Assembly: GCF_004010195.1 (NCBI RefSeq)
Contig: NC_057718.1
Span: forward strand, 118,143-160,493
Source: Chiloscyllium plagiosum
Taxonomy: Eukaryota
Direction of reading: 5' to 3'
DNA length: 42,351 nt
Position 1 is the stretch's first letter, and every line of letters starts with the position of its first letter. The translations under genes and the position numbers were made by a program. The notes under the pieces were generated by a model. That model ran no database searches. It was not told the origin of the DNA and saw only the letters and a list, made by a program, of their open reading frames with translations. Of the stretch, positions 1 to 10,028 are shown piece after piece.

Positions 1-156
1 ACTCTCTCCCCACCCCCCCCCTCCTCTAGCTTATCTCTCCACGCTTCAGGCTCTCTGCCTTTATTCCTGATGAAGGGCTTTTGCCCGAAACGTCGATTTT
101 GCCTGTCCTCGGATGCTGCCTGAATTGCTGTGCTCTTCCAGCACCACTGATCCAGA
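1..156 (+). mobile_element. Penelope-like element 3' region (family A), tail-less arm, abutting or inserted into a family-B PLE
   Basis: Matches the family-A 3' sequence (cctgatgaagggcttttgcccgaaacgtcgatt...ggatgctgcctgaattgctgtgctcttccagcaccact) seen about ten more times in the window. It stops before the usual tail. Confidence 0.8.
63..98 (+). ncRNA. Minimal type I hammerhead ribozyme motif, family A (core intact)
   Basis: attc-CTGATGA(67-73)-a-gggc/tttt/gccc-GAA-ACGT-C(94)-gatt. Predicted cleavage after GUC94; stem I is weak. Confidence 0.75.
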
Positions 157-545
157 GAACACAGGGGGCCAACACCTTCAACCTATTTAGCTATCGCTGT
201 TGTTAACAGCTAACTCGAGAATGCAACTTCAAAAAAACGGTTTTGTGATTTACACATGAAAGAAGTGAAACTATCATTGTATTCTAACAGATGAAAGGGT
301 TAATAGACAATCAATTTTTCAATGTATAATTTCAGTTACATCACACTGTAAATTTTTGCTATAAATTCTGTTTTTTGCTATAACTTTTTGCTATAAATTA
401 CGATCGAGCCCTCCACTATCACCTGATGAAGGAGCGTTGCTCCGAAAGCTAGTGTGCTTCCAATTAAACCTGTTGGACTATAACCTGGTGTTGTGTGATT
501 TTTAACTTTGTACACCCCAGTCCAATACCGGCATCTCCAAATCAT
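153..545 (+). mobile_element. Penelope-like element 3' UTR fragment (family B)
   Basis: Highly similar to 4515-4885, the 3' end of the GIY-YIG-encoding element, including the tail ...ccggcatctccaaatcat. Confidence 0.85.
420..454 (+). ncRNA. Minimal type I hammerhead ribozyme motif, family B (intact)
   Basis: cac-CTGATGA(423-429)-a-ggagc/gtt/gctcc-GAA-AGCT-A(451)-gtg. Stem I cac/gtg, 5-bp stem II, palindromic AGCU helix III. Confidence 0.8.
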
Positions 546-1067
546 TCTCCACAGGCACTGTCTACAATTCCTCTCTGTTTCTTAACCAATGACATAGATT
601 CTGTTCCTTAACCTCTACTCCCAAAAATGAAGGCAATTGCAAATGTAACATTTACTTTGAAGCCAAAGCCACAATAAATCAAGAAATATACAGCCTCAAG
701 GCGATTACTTTGGGCAGTAAGATGTTTGCTGCTTTCAACACAAATAATTGAATTGCATAGTGTTAAAGATACAATATTGCCTCATTAAAGGAGTGAGAGT
801 AAAGTCCAAATAAATCCTCTCTGTATTGTGCAAATTGTGCCCAGAGGCAGTTTCGATATTGGTTGTTGTTGTGTTGGAGAAAACTTCAGTATAATAACAA
901 TCGCTTGATTGGCTTTTAGGCAAGTGTTTATATAAAGTATGATATATCGGTAACACGGCAGAATGACTGAGTTTGTGAAAAGGAAGCATCACTTTTCTCC
1001 TTTAACTCTAACATTGTTAGATAATTGGAGATGGTCGATAAGGTGAATAGCAGGCAATGTCAACATC

Positions 1068-1285
1068 CCATCCAGACTGGATTTTTATTATACTAAAACT
1101 GTTGTAGTGAGAGGGGTTAACTGGAGCTTGTGATTGTGATTGATGTCAGTCTCTATGGATCCTATTTGTGTCTCTGGAGGGTTTACTTCGTCTATTAATA
1201 AGGGGCTTCTTTCAATGAGGTATCCCATTTGATCAGTGGCAGCGTGTTCCTCAAAAAGGTTGGGATCAGCAGCTCCAGAGAAAGA
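1068..1285 (+). promoter_or_regulatory. Putative promoter/5' UTR of the GPCR gene, conserved with 31507-31720
   Basis: Shared blocks ccatccaga, gttaactg, gtcagtctctatggat, ttcaatg, ggtatcc and gggatcagcagctccagaga in the same order. AT-rich TATA-like tattaataa near 1193. Confidence 0.5.
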
Positions 1286-1289
1286 CAAA

Positions 1290-1373
1290 GATTGGAATCT
1301 CAGAACAACAGACTGGAATGTTCCAACAATGGATCAGAATCTGAGAACAATAGACTGGAATGTAACAACAATG
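1290..1373 (+). repeat. 21-bp tandem repeat x4 (42-bp higher order) overlapping the start of the GPCR exon
   Basis: In-frame translation DWNLRTT/DWNVPTM/DQNLRTI/DWNVTTM. Confidence 0.9.
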
Positions 1374-1503
1374 GACAGAAGGTTATCCTGGGGTCTTTCC
1401 TGGCTTTCTCAGGATTGGTCCTGGTTAGAGTTGCGGATAGAAGGTGTGCTGCTGATTATTCAGGCAGGTTACTATCCAATTCTTGCTATTGTTGGTGTTC
1501 CTG
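1329..1503 (+). CDS. Coding exon 1 of a GPR139/GPR142-like class A GPCR (N-terminus and start of TM1)
   Basis: MDQNLRTIDWNVTTMDRR...VLLIIQAGYYPILAIVGVP followed by a perfect phase-1 donor G|GTAAGT at 1503/1504. The YY-x-IL-x3-G-x-P TM1 pattern ending at an intron resembles GPR139-family exon 1 as I recall it. NVT glycosylation sequon present. The ATG at 1371 is an alternative start. Confidence 0.7.
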
Positions 1504-2027
1504 GTAAGTCTGTCTTTATCCACTTATTAAATCTATGAGCCATTGTGAACGCCATCGCTATAATTGTTATTTTTATTTGGTAAAGATGTAAACTATTATA
1601 TTCACTTTCAATCACAAACGCCATTCATATTTCATAAATTTTATTCCATTCATTTAAAAACATCTGAGGAGGAACAAATGTGTTCATAACCTGTTATGAA
1701 AGATCCCAGCCGATATAAACTCTTGCTGATTAGTGTCCTATATCTTTAAATACAACATACGTGAGACAATTTGTTTAATTTCAGTTACTTGTGTGTGGTT
1801 AATTTGAAAGAGAGAGAAATGGCTCTTAAGATTGCAAAAGATGTTCTGGGGTTTGAAGATGATTCCCAAATTTGCCAAGAAAGTTTAGAAAGACAAAAAA
1901 AGGCCATACTTTTAGAATTAGCAAAGACGTTAGAATTGAGTTTAACGAAAGACAAAAGTAAAACTGAAATTCTAAGTTAAAAATCACACAACACCAGGTT
2001 ATAGTCCAACAGGTTTAACTGGAAGCA

Positions 2028-2062
2028 CACTAGCTTTCGGAGCGACGCTCCTTCATCAGGTG
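2028..2062 (-). ncRNA. Minimal hammerhead motif, family B (intact)
   Basis: Reverse complement: cac-CTGATGA-a-ggagc/gtc/gctcc-GAA-AGCT-A-gtg. Confidence 0.8.
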
Positions 2063-2737
2063 ATTGTGGAGGACTCAATCCGAACACACATAGAATTTAT
2101 AGCAAAACTTAACAGTGTGATATAACTGAAATTATACATTGAAAAATTGATTGTCTGTTAAGCCTTTCATCTGTTAGAATACAGTGATAGTTTCACTTCT
2201 TTCATGTGTAAATCACAAAACCTTTTTATTAAAGTTGCATTCTCGGGTTAGCTGTTAACAATGGTGATAGCTAGATAACATGTTGAAGGTGTTAGCCCCC
2301 TGTGTTCTCTGTCTATGACCTGATGTTTAGATTGATTCTAATCTAAAAAGTGAGATAACAGAGTTTTACATAAATTCATGCAGTTTTTGAGCTCAGAGTT
2401 CTACATGAATGTATGCAGTTTTTGAGCAAAGTGCAATGTAACTCTGCAAGTACAAATTCACCCCACAAAATATATGTGTGCATGTGGGTTTTTGTCTGTG
2501 TGTGTGTCTGTCTGGGTTGGGGGTTGTGAGTGTGAGATAGTGTATGTGTGTGGGTGTAGTGAGTGCAGAGTGTCTTAAGTCTGTGAGGGGGTGCATGTGT
2601 GAGTGTGGGAGTGTGTGTCTATAAGGGTGTGTGTAGGTGTCTGTGTGTGCGTCCGTGTGTATAGGAGTGCCTGTGTGTGTGTGAGTGTGTGTGTGTGTAG
2701 GAGTATCTGTGTGTGTGTGTGTATAGTGCAATGGTGG

Positions 2738-3124
2738 TCACCTGTAATGTGACATGAACCCAAGGTCCCGGTTGAGGCCCTCCCTGTGGGTACCGAACTT
2801 AGCTGTCAGCCTCTGCTCAGCCACTTTTCTCTGCTGCCTGTCCCGAAGTCCATCTTGGAGGATGGTCACCCGAAGGTCCGAGGCTGAATGTGCTAGACCA
2901 CTGAAGTGTTCCCCAACTGGGAGGGAACCCTCCTGTCTGTTGATTGTTGTGCGGTACCCATTCATCCGTTGCCGTAGCCTTTGCTCGGTTTCCCCAATGT
3001 GCCATGCCTCCGGGCATTCTTGCCTGCAACGTATAAGATAGACAACATTGGCTGAGTCACATGAGTACCTGCCATGTACAAGGTGGGAGGTGCCCTCACG
3101 CGTAATGGTGGTATCTATGTCCAC
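2738..3124 (-). pseudogene. PLE GIY-YIG endonuclease domain (left arm)
   Basis: NVVYLIRCRQECPEAWHIGETEQRLRQRMNGYR...VGEHF...EQRL...GLNRD. Confidence 0.85.
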
Positions 3125-3487
3125 ACTCTGACACGTCTTGCAGCATCCACCATGACAGGGTTGTATGGAGTTGTCCTGAGAGCCGGGCAGTTTGCTACGA
3201 ACAATGATCTGTTTGAGGTTTGGGGTTGTTTAAAGGCAAGTAGTGGAGGTGTGAGGAAGTTCTTGGTGAGGTGCTCATCTTCATTGATAATGTGTTGCAG
3301 GTCACGAAGAACATGGCGTAATTTTTCAGCTCTCTGTCGGTTGCAGCACGTGTCTGTCTCCTGAGGAGGTCATTACGGTTCCTTGCTGTGGCACGGTGGA
3401 ACTGGTGGTCGATGAGTTGAGCATCGTACCTGTTCTTGTGAGGGCATCCCTGAGTGCTTCCAGGTACTCAACGTTACCCTCACAAGA

Positions 3488-4196
3488 ATGGGGTATGATG
3501 CCCACCTCATCGACAGCCAGTTCCAATGTGCCACAGCAAGGAACCGTAATGACCTCCTCAGGAGACAGACATGTGCTGCAACCGACAGGGTACCCTTCCT
3601 TGTTCAGTATTTCCCAGGAGCTGAAAAATTACGCCATGTTCTTCATGACCTGCAAAACATTATCAATGAGGATGAGCACCTCACCAAGACCTTCCTCACA
3701 CCTCCACTACTTGCCTTTAAAAACCGCCAAACCTCAAACAGATCGTTGTTCGTAGCAAGCTGCCTGGCTCTCAGGACAACTCCATACAACCCTGTCACGG
3801 TAGGCGCTGCAAGATGTGTCAGAGTGTGGACATAGATACCACCATTGCGCGTGGGGACACCTCCCACCTTGTACATGGCAGTACTTATGTGACTCAGCCA
3901 ACGTTATCTATCTTATCTGCCCGGAGGCATGGTACATTGGGGAAACCGAGCAAAGGCTACGACAACGGATGAATGGGCACCGCACAACAATCAACAGACA
4001 GGAGGGTTCCCTCCCAGTTGGGGAACACTTCAGTGGTCCAGGACATTCAGCCTCGGACCTTCGGGTGACCATCCTCCAAGGTGGACTTCGGGACAGGCAG
4101 CAGAGAAATGTGGCCGAGCAGAGGCTGATAGTTAAGTTCAGTAACCATAGGGAGGGCCTCAACCGGGACCTTGGGTTCATGTCACATTACAGGTGA
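3488..4196 (+). pseudogene. PLE ORF C-terminus with GIY-YIG endonuclease (right arm, frameshifted)
   Basis: GYDAHLIDSQF...RVPFLVQYFPG...PPLLAFK, then NVIYLICPEAWYIGETEQRLRQRMNGHR...GLNRD. Confidence 0.85.
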
Positions 4197-4759
4197 CCAC
4201 CATTATATTATACACACACACAGATACTCCTACACACAAACACACACCCCACACTCACACATGCACCCCCTCACAGATTAAGACACTCTACACTCACTAC
4301 TCACACAAATACACTTTCTCACACTCACAACCCCCAACCCAGACAGACAGACACACACACACACAGACAAAGACACACAACACACATATATTTTGTGGGG
4401 TGAATTTGTACTTGCAGGGTTACATTGTACTTTGCTCAAAAACTGCATGAATTTATATAAAACTCCGTTATTTCACTTTTTAGATTAGTATCAATCTAAA
4501 CATCATGGCTTAGACAGAGAACACAGGGGACCAACACCTTCAACATATTGTCTAGCTATCACCATTGTTAACAGCTAACCCGAGAATGCAACTTTTTTAA
4601 AAAAAGGTTTTGTGATTTACACATGAAAGAAGTGAAACTATCACTGTATTCTAACAAATGAAAGACTTAACAATCAATTTTTCAATATATAATTTCAGTT
4701 ACATCACACTGTAAATTTTTGCTATAAATTCTGTGTGTTAGGATTGAGCCCTCCACTAC

Positions 4760-4794
4760 CACCTGATGAAGGAGCGACGCTCCGAATGCTAGTG
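4760..4794 (+). ncRNA. Hammerhead motif, family B, core-mutated (GAAA>GAAT)
   Basis: cac-CTGATGA-a-ggagc/gac/gctcc-GAATGCT-A-gtg. Confidence 0.6.
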
Positions 4795-6139
4795 TGCTTC
4801 CAATTAAACCTGTTGGACTATAACCTGGTGTTGTGTGATTTTTAACTATGTACATCCCAGTCAAACACCGGCATCTCCAAATCATGAAATTCTAAGGGAG
4901 TTAGTCAAGCACTTAGGTATGTCAGAGTAACATACAAGTACAGTAGAGTGAGAGAACTTAATTTACAATTAAGGAAAATGGAGCTAGAAGATAAAGAAAA
5001 GGAGAGAGAAAGAGACAGAGAAGAAAGAGAGAGAAAGAGGAAAAAGAAATAGAGGGAGAGATAGGGACACTAACAGATATCGCCATAGTAACTGTGAGCA
5101 ACACACTCTCTATCAAAGATACCTTTTTCTTAAGAAACATCCATACCGCAAAAGACCAAAGACAACCCAGGGAGATTTCTAGCTAGAGGAAGACAGACAC
5201 AGGAGATGATAGCTGCTGTGTGGTTTTGAAATTAAGTTGATGTAATTTTAACACACGTGGTTATTGGAACAGTACATTGTTAGTGAGTTGGAGGAAAATA
5301 ACAAGCAGTTAAGAGAAAGGAGGGTTAGAGTTGTAAAAAGTTGTTTAATGTTCACTTTTAGAGGTAAAGAATAAATTGATATTTTTTCTTTAAATAGTGG
5401 AATTTGGGAGTACTCCGTCATTCATACTTTAACAGATTACGACGTGAGGTGAGCTTTTCTTAGTGTTTGGTTTAATTAGCAGAGGGGTTCACTGCTATGT
5501 TGCAACAATACAGAGTGACTCCATTCTGTCCTGAGATGATGTTTATCTCTCTATATTCCATATATCACCAAACTGATCTACTGCAATCTCCATAATATTC
5601 CCAGTCTTCACTTCTCCCACGTTACTATTTCTGAATATACCATCACCTACACTTTTCTAGTTGAAGTTCTCTTCTAGCCACTCTTCCAGTTATAAATATT
5701 TTATAACAATCATATTCTTGTCTCTACCAGGAACTACACCAGGTGCAAAATTTGAAGCCAGTTTGTTTCTAAAATGAGCTGGTCACAGCTTTATGTCACC
5801 TGTTTCAGCATAACCTGTAACCTCATAGTAGGGAGAGGACTGTGCTGTCAGTGGCCGTGAAATTACAGTTTCATTAAACTGCTTTGATAGTAGAACATTC
5901 CAAGTAGGAGTGAGTGCCATGTCCATCCTCTCTCAAGTGCAGTGCTCCCATGTATTAATTCGGTGACGGAGGCGATCTCTGCCCATTGCTGAGGAGGATA
6001 TATTAATTCTGTCTCCACAGAGGAAGGTACTGAAAATCTTCAAGAAATTCTATGGGACAGAGTAACTGGTGAAAAGAAGAAACTGTGGGAGATTAGGATT
6101 AAGAAAGAGAAATTACTCAAAAGACGAACTGAATTTAAG

Positions 6140-7662
6140 TTTGGTAAACTGCTGCCCCAGACGGGTTCCATCCCAGAGTATTCAGGGAGAGCACAGTAGA
6201 GCTAATGAAAGAGTTATAGTCATACAAGACAAAAACAGACCCTTCGGACTAACCAGTCTGCACCAACCATAATTCCCAATCTAACTGAGTTCCACCTGGC
6301 AACGCTTGGCTCATATCCATCCAGACATTCCCTATACATGTACTTATCCACATGTCTTTTAAACGTTGAAACTACAAGAATTAATTATTGAATATCCTTC
6401 AAAATTAGTTGGACTCTGGAAATTCCGGTTCCTGCAGACTGGAAAGTAGCTACACCCACGCACTCTCTTCTTCTGTCTCTCGCTCTCTCTCACACACACA
6501 CATACACACAAATCTGTGGGTCAAATTTGTATTTGGAGATACAGGTGTGGTGGATAGCGAAGATGGTTAGTTCAGAGTACAACGAGATCTTGATCAGATG
6601 GGTCAATGGGCTGACAAATTGCAGATAGGGTTTAATTTAGATAAATGTGAGGTGCTGCATTTTCAAAAAGCAAATCAGAGCAGGACTTATACACTTAATG
6701 GCAAGGTCCTTGGGAGTGTTGCTGAACAGAGACCTTGGAGTGCAGATTCCTTGAAAGTGAAGTTGCAGGTAGACAGGATAGTAAGGAAGGCATTTGGTAT
6801 GCTTTCCTTTATTTGTCAGAGCATTGAATATCAGATTTGGGATGGCATGTTGCAGCTGTACAGGACATTGGTTAGGCCACTTTTGGAATATTGTTTGCAA
6901 TTCTGGTCTCCTTCCTATCCGAAAGATGTTGGGAAACTTGAAAGGGTTCAGAAAAGATTTTCAAGGATGTTGCCAGGGCTGGAGGATTTGAGCTATACGG
7001 ACAGGTTGAATAGGCTAGGGCTGTTTTCCATGGAGCATCTGTGGTGACTTTATACAGGTTTATAAAATTATGAGCGGCATGGATAGGGTAAGTAGACAAG
7101 GCCATTTCCCTGGGCTGGGGGAGTCCAGAACTAGAGGGCACAGGTTTAGGATGAGAGGGGAAAAGTTTAAAAGGGACCGAAGGGACAACTTTTTCATGCA
7201 GAGAGTGGTACATGTATGGAATGAGCTGCCAGATGAATTTGTGGAGGCTGGTGCAATAACAACATTTGAAAGACATCTGGATGGGTATGTGAATAGGAAC
7301 AGTTTAGTGGGATATGGGGGTTTAGATTAGAGTGGTGTTGGAAAAGCACAGCAGGTCAGGCAGCATCCGAGAAGCAGGAAAATCGACGTTTCGGGCAAAA
7401 GCCCTTCATTCGGAATGGCTTTTGCCCGAAACGTCAATTTTCCTGCTTCTCGGATGCAGTCTGACCTGCTGTGCTTTTCCAGCACCACTCTAATCTAGAC
7501 TCTGGTTTCCAGCATCTGCAGTCCTCACTTTTGCCTTAGTGGGATATGGGCCATGTGCTGCCAAATGGAACTAGATTAGGTTTGGATATCTTGTCGGCAT
7601 GGTCGAGTTGGACTAAAGGGTCTGTTTCCATGCTATACATCCCTGTGAATCCATGACTCCAT
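6140..7662 (+). mobile_element. CR1-clade LINE (HER1-like) 3' part, RT C-terminus and 3' UTR; contains an antisense CR1 tail (~6210-6375) and a mini-PLE
   Basis: WADKLQIGFNLDKCEVLHF...LYRTLVRPLLEYCLQFWSP...LERVQKRFSRM...TRGHRFR, followed by a short tandem 3' terminus. Confidence 0.85.
7319..7535. mobile_element. Miniature fold-back PLE (family A) with degenerate hammerhead motifs
   Basis: Inverted arms of ~80 bp, ~35-nt tail on the right, perfect 15-bp TSD ttagtgggatatggg at 7304-7318 and 7536-7550. Confidence 0.9.
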
Positions 7663-8744
7663 GTCTCTCTCACAAGCAACTGACGAAGGAGAGTATTTTC
7701 AAATAAACTGGTTGTAATATAACCTTGTAGCATGTGATTTTTGACCTTGTATAACCCAGTCCAACATCAGCCCCTCTACATTATTGCTGCACATGGACAC
7801 AGGTTGCTTCAGGAGCTGAGGGGTGATGAATTGTTCTGAACATTGTGTGATTTTCAGTAAACATCCTCACTTTGGTTCTTACGATGGGGGCAAGATACTG
7901 ATGAAGCAACTGAAGGCGTTGGTGCTGAGGATGCTACCCTGACAATCTCCTGCAGAAATGTACCAATACTGAGAGAATTGATGTCCAGGAATCACAAACA
8001 TCTTTCTTTGTGCTATGAATGAATCCAACCAGTGGAAAATTTGCATCTAATTCCCATTAAGTGCGATTTTGTTCAGCTCCTTGATACCATCTGAGTCAAA
8101 GACTGCCTTGATATCAGGGCCAGTTACTCTTACCTATGCCCCGTGTTCACTTCTTTTGTTAATGTCAATAGGTTATGATGTAGGAGTTGGAAATGTTTTC
8201 GCATATCTGGAATTTTCTAATCCAGTTAGTTAGCGGAGCTTGATCACTGAAAGTATTTAGAAAGGAGGTAACTGGATTTTGATTTGTCAGAATGTTAAGG
8301 GCTATGAAGAATTAGACATCAGAGAGATTTCCAGACCTAGAGCAGATCAGCACGATCTTATTGATGGGCAAGGCAGGCTCGGGGATATGGGGGAAGGGGA
8401 CGAATAAGCTGCTCATGTTTATAATGTTCTTCTATTCTGTTATTGAGAAGTTTGTGCTTGTTATTTTCCTGAAAGTTCTGTTATTGAATGTTGTAGTCAG
8501 TGAGACCAGAGATTTTGATCTCTGTGAGATATGAGAGATGTATCCAAGTGAATCTGGGTGTATATCATGACCAACAAATGAAGCACAAGTTGCAGAGAGG
8601 GGAATCTCTATAGAGAGAGAGAGACAAGGAGCTTCTTTCACAACGAGCCTGGGTTTTCCAAATACGTTTTCCAAACCACCGTAAACCGTATGCAACAGTC
8701 TTGAGGGTTTGAATAGTGTCTATTTCTGTGCACTGGATTATCAA

Positions 8745-9295
8745 AGAATAGAATTCCTACAGTGTGGAAGCAGGCCCTTCTGCCCAACAAGTCTTCACCG
8801 ACCCTCTGAACAGCAACCCACCCAGACACATGCCCCCCCCCCTACCCTATTAGCACCTAACCTACACATCCCTGAATACTATGGGCAATTTATCATGGGC
8901 GAGCCACCTAAACTGCATATCTTTGGATTGTGGGAGGAAAGAGCTGGAAATGTGTTGCTGGAAAAGCGCAGCAGGTCAGGCAGCATCCAAGGAGCAGGAG
9001 AATCGACGTTTCGGGCATGAAGAAGGGCTCATGCCCGAAATGTCGATTCTTCTGCTCCTTGGATGCTGCCTGACCTGCTGCGCTTTTCCAGCAACACATT
9101 TTCAGCTCTGATCTCCAGCATCTGCAGTCCTCACTTTCTCCTATTGTGGAAGGAAACCAGAGCACCCAGAGGGAACCCACGCAGAGATGGTGAGAATATG
9201 CAAGCTCCACACAGACGATCGCCTGAGGTTGGAATTGAACCCGGGTCACTGGCACTGTGAGGCAGCAGTGCTAACCACTGAGCGACCGTGCCACC
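8745..9295 (-). mobile_element. HE1-type tRNA-derived V-SINE, interrupted by a mini-PLE
   Basis: Reverse complement matches the copies at 11949 and 19162 (ggcacggt...cagtggttagcactgctgcctcacag head, CR1-like tail). Confidence 0.85.
8941..9142. mobile_element. Miniature fold-back PLE (family A)
   Basis: Near-perfect inverted arms, 34-nt tail, 14-bp TSD attgtgg(g/a)aggaaa at 8927-8940 and 9143-9156. Confidence 0.9.
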
Positions 9296-9599
9296 TACTT
9301 ATTGGAAAAAGTGGCCTCTGAGTTATCCTGTCCAGCAGATTTGAGGGGCCGAATGGAATGGAGGGACATGGGACTGAGGAGCAGGAGTGGATCACTAGAT
9401 ACTTTCAGCCATTTCCACCAGACAGTAAGATTCTGGCTGCTCTGGTCATGGTCTCAGTCCATGTCTATATCCCATGACTCACTTGTATTTCAAATATTTT
9501 GCTTTGAAAGAACTGTAAACAGAGAGGCACCACAAACTTCTGGGCAAGAGAGTTTCCACACTGAAAGGCCGTTTTAGAATTTCTCCTCATCCATCTTAT

Positions 9600-9840
9600 A
9601 GAGTTAGAGAGCTATACAGCCTGGAAACAAACCGGTTAATCCAACTTTCCCATGCTGACCAGCTGTCCTAAACCGATCTAGCCCCATTTGCCAGTATTTG
9701 GCCCATATCCCTCTAAACCATTCCTATTCATGTACCCATTCCAGATGCCTATTAAATGTGTAATTGTACCAGCTTCCACCACTTCCTCTGACAGCACGGT
9801 CTGAGCGTGCATCACCCTCTGCCTGAAAAGGTTGCCACTT
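9600..9840 (-). mobile_element. CR1 LINE 3' tail fragment
   Basis: Reverse complement similar to 7190-7660 (EEVVEAGTIT...GLEGYGPNTGKW). Confidence 0.75.
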
Positions 9841-9849
9841 TGATATCGG

Positions 9850-10028
9850 ACATGCACACACACATAAACACATACAGACGCACACACATAGATAGACATG
9901 CGCACACACACACAAACAGAAACACAAACAGATGCAGACACATACATTCATGCATACACGTGCACAGACACATACACTTAGACACACTCACCCAAACTCA
10001 CACACGTACAGACAGACACACACACATT
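9850..10028. repeat. Degenerate (CA)n-rich simple repeat
   Basis: cacacacataaacacatacagacgcacacac... Confidence 0.85.

Larger units (their letters stand above)
1977..4884. mobile_element. Penelope-like (Neptune-type) retroelement, 5'-truncated, two ~1.4-1.5-kb arms head-to-head (left minus 1977-3475, right plus 3477-4884)
   Basis: Each arm has the RT-thumb/linker remnant, a C-x4-C-x2-C-type linker, GIY-YIG, a CA-rich 3' UTR and a hammerhead motif. 12-bp TSD tgaaattctaag at 1965-1976 and 4885-4896. Confidence 0.9.
1819..5507 (+). mobile_element. Degenerate LTR-retrotransposon (gypsy-like) gag N-terminus plus probable LTR end, split by the PLE insertion
   Basis: MALKIAKDVLG...KKAILLELAKTLELSLTKDKSKTEIL rejoins RELVKHLGMSE once 1977-4896 is removed, followed by an E/K/R-rich coil. 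5160-5507 has AATAAA and ends ...tgcaaca. Confidence 0.5.

Noticed and set aside
1290..1373. Possible CRISPR-like repeat array
   Set aside because: Units are contiguous with no spacers, are in frame with an exon, and the context is vertebrate.
1229..1507. Alternative-frame ORF with a RLE-x-NN repeat
   Set aside because: Shadow frame of the 21-bp repeat. The other frame gives a TM1-like segment ending at the splice donor and is supported by the paralogue.
2393..2763. His/Thr-rich ORFs (also 4193-4450, 9678-10070, 25693-25968)
   Set aside because: Translations of CA/TG microsatellite-like DNA.
8941..9108. Hairpins as miRNA precursors or DNA-transposon MITEs
   Set aside because: The asymmetric tail, variable 12-15-bp TSDs and identity with GIY-YIG element 3' ends indicate PLE retrotransposition products.
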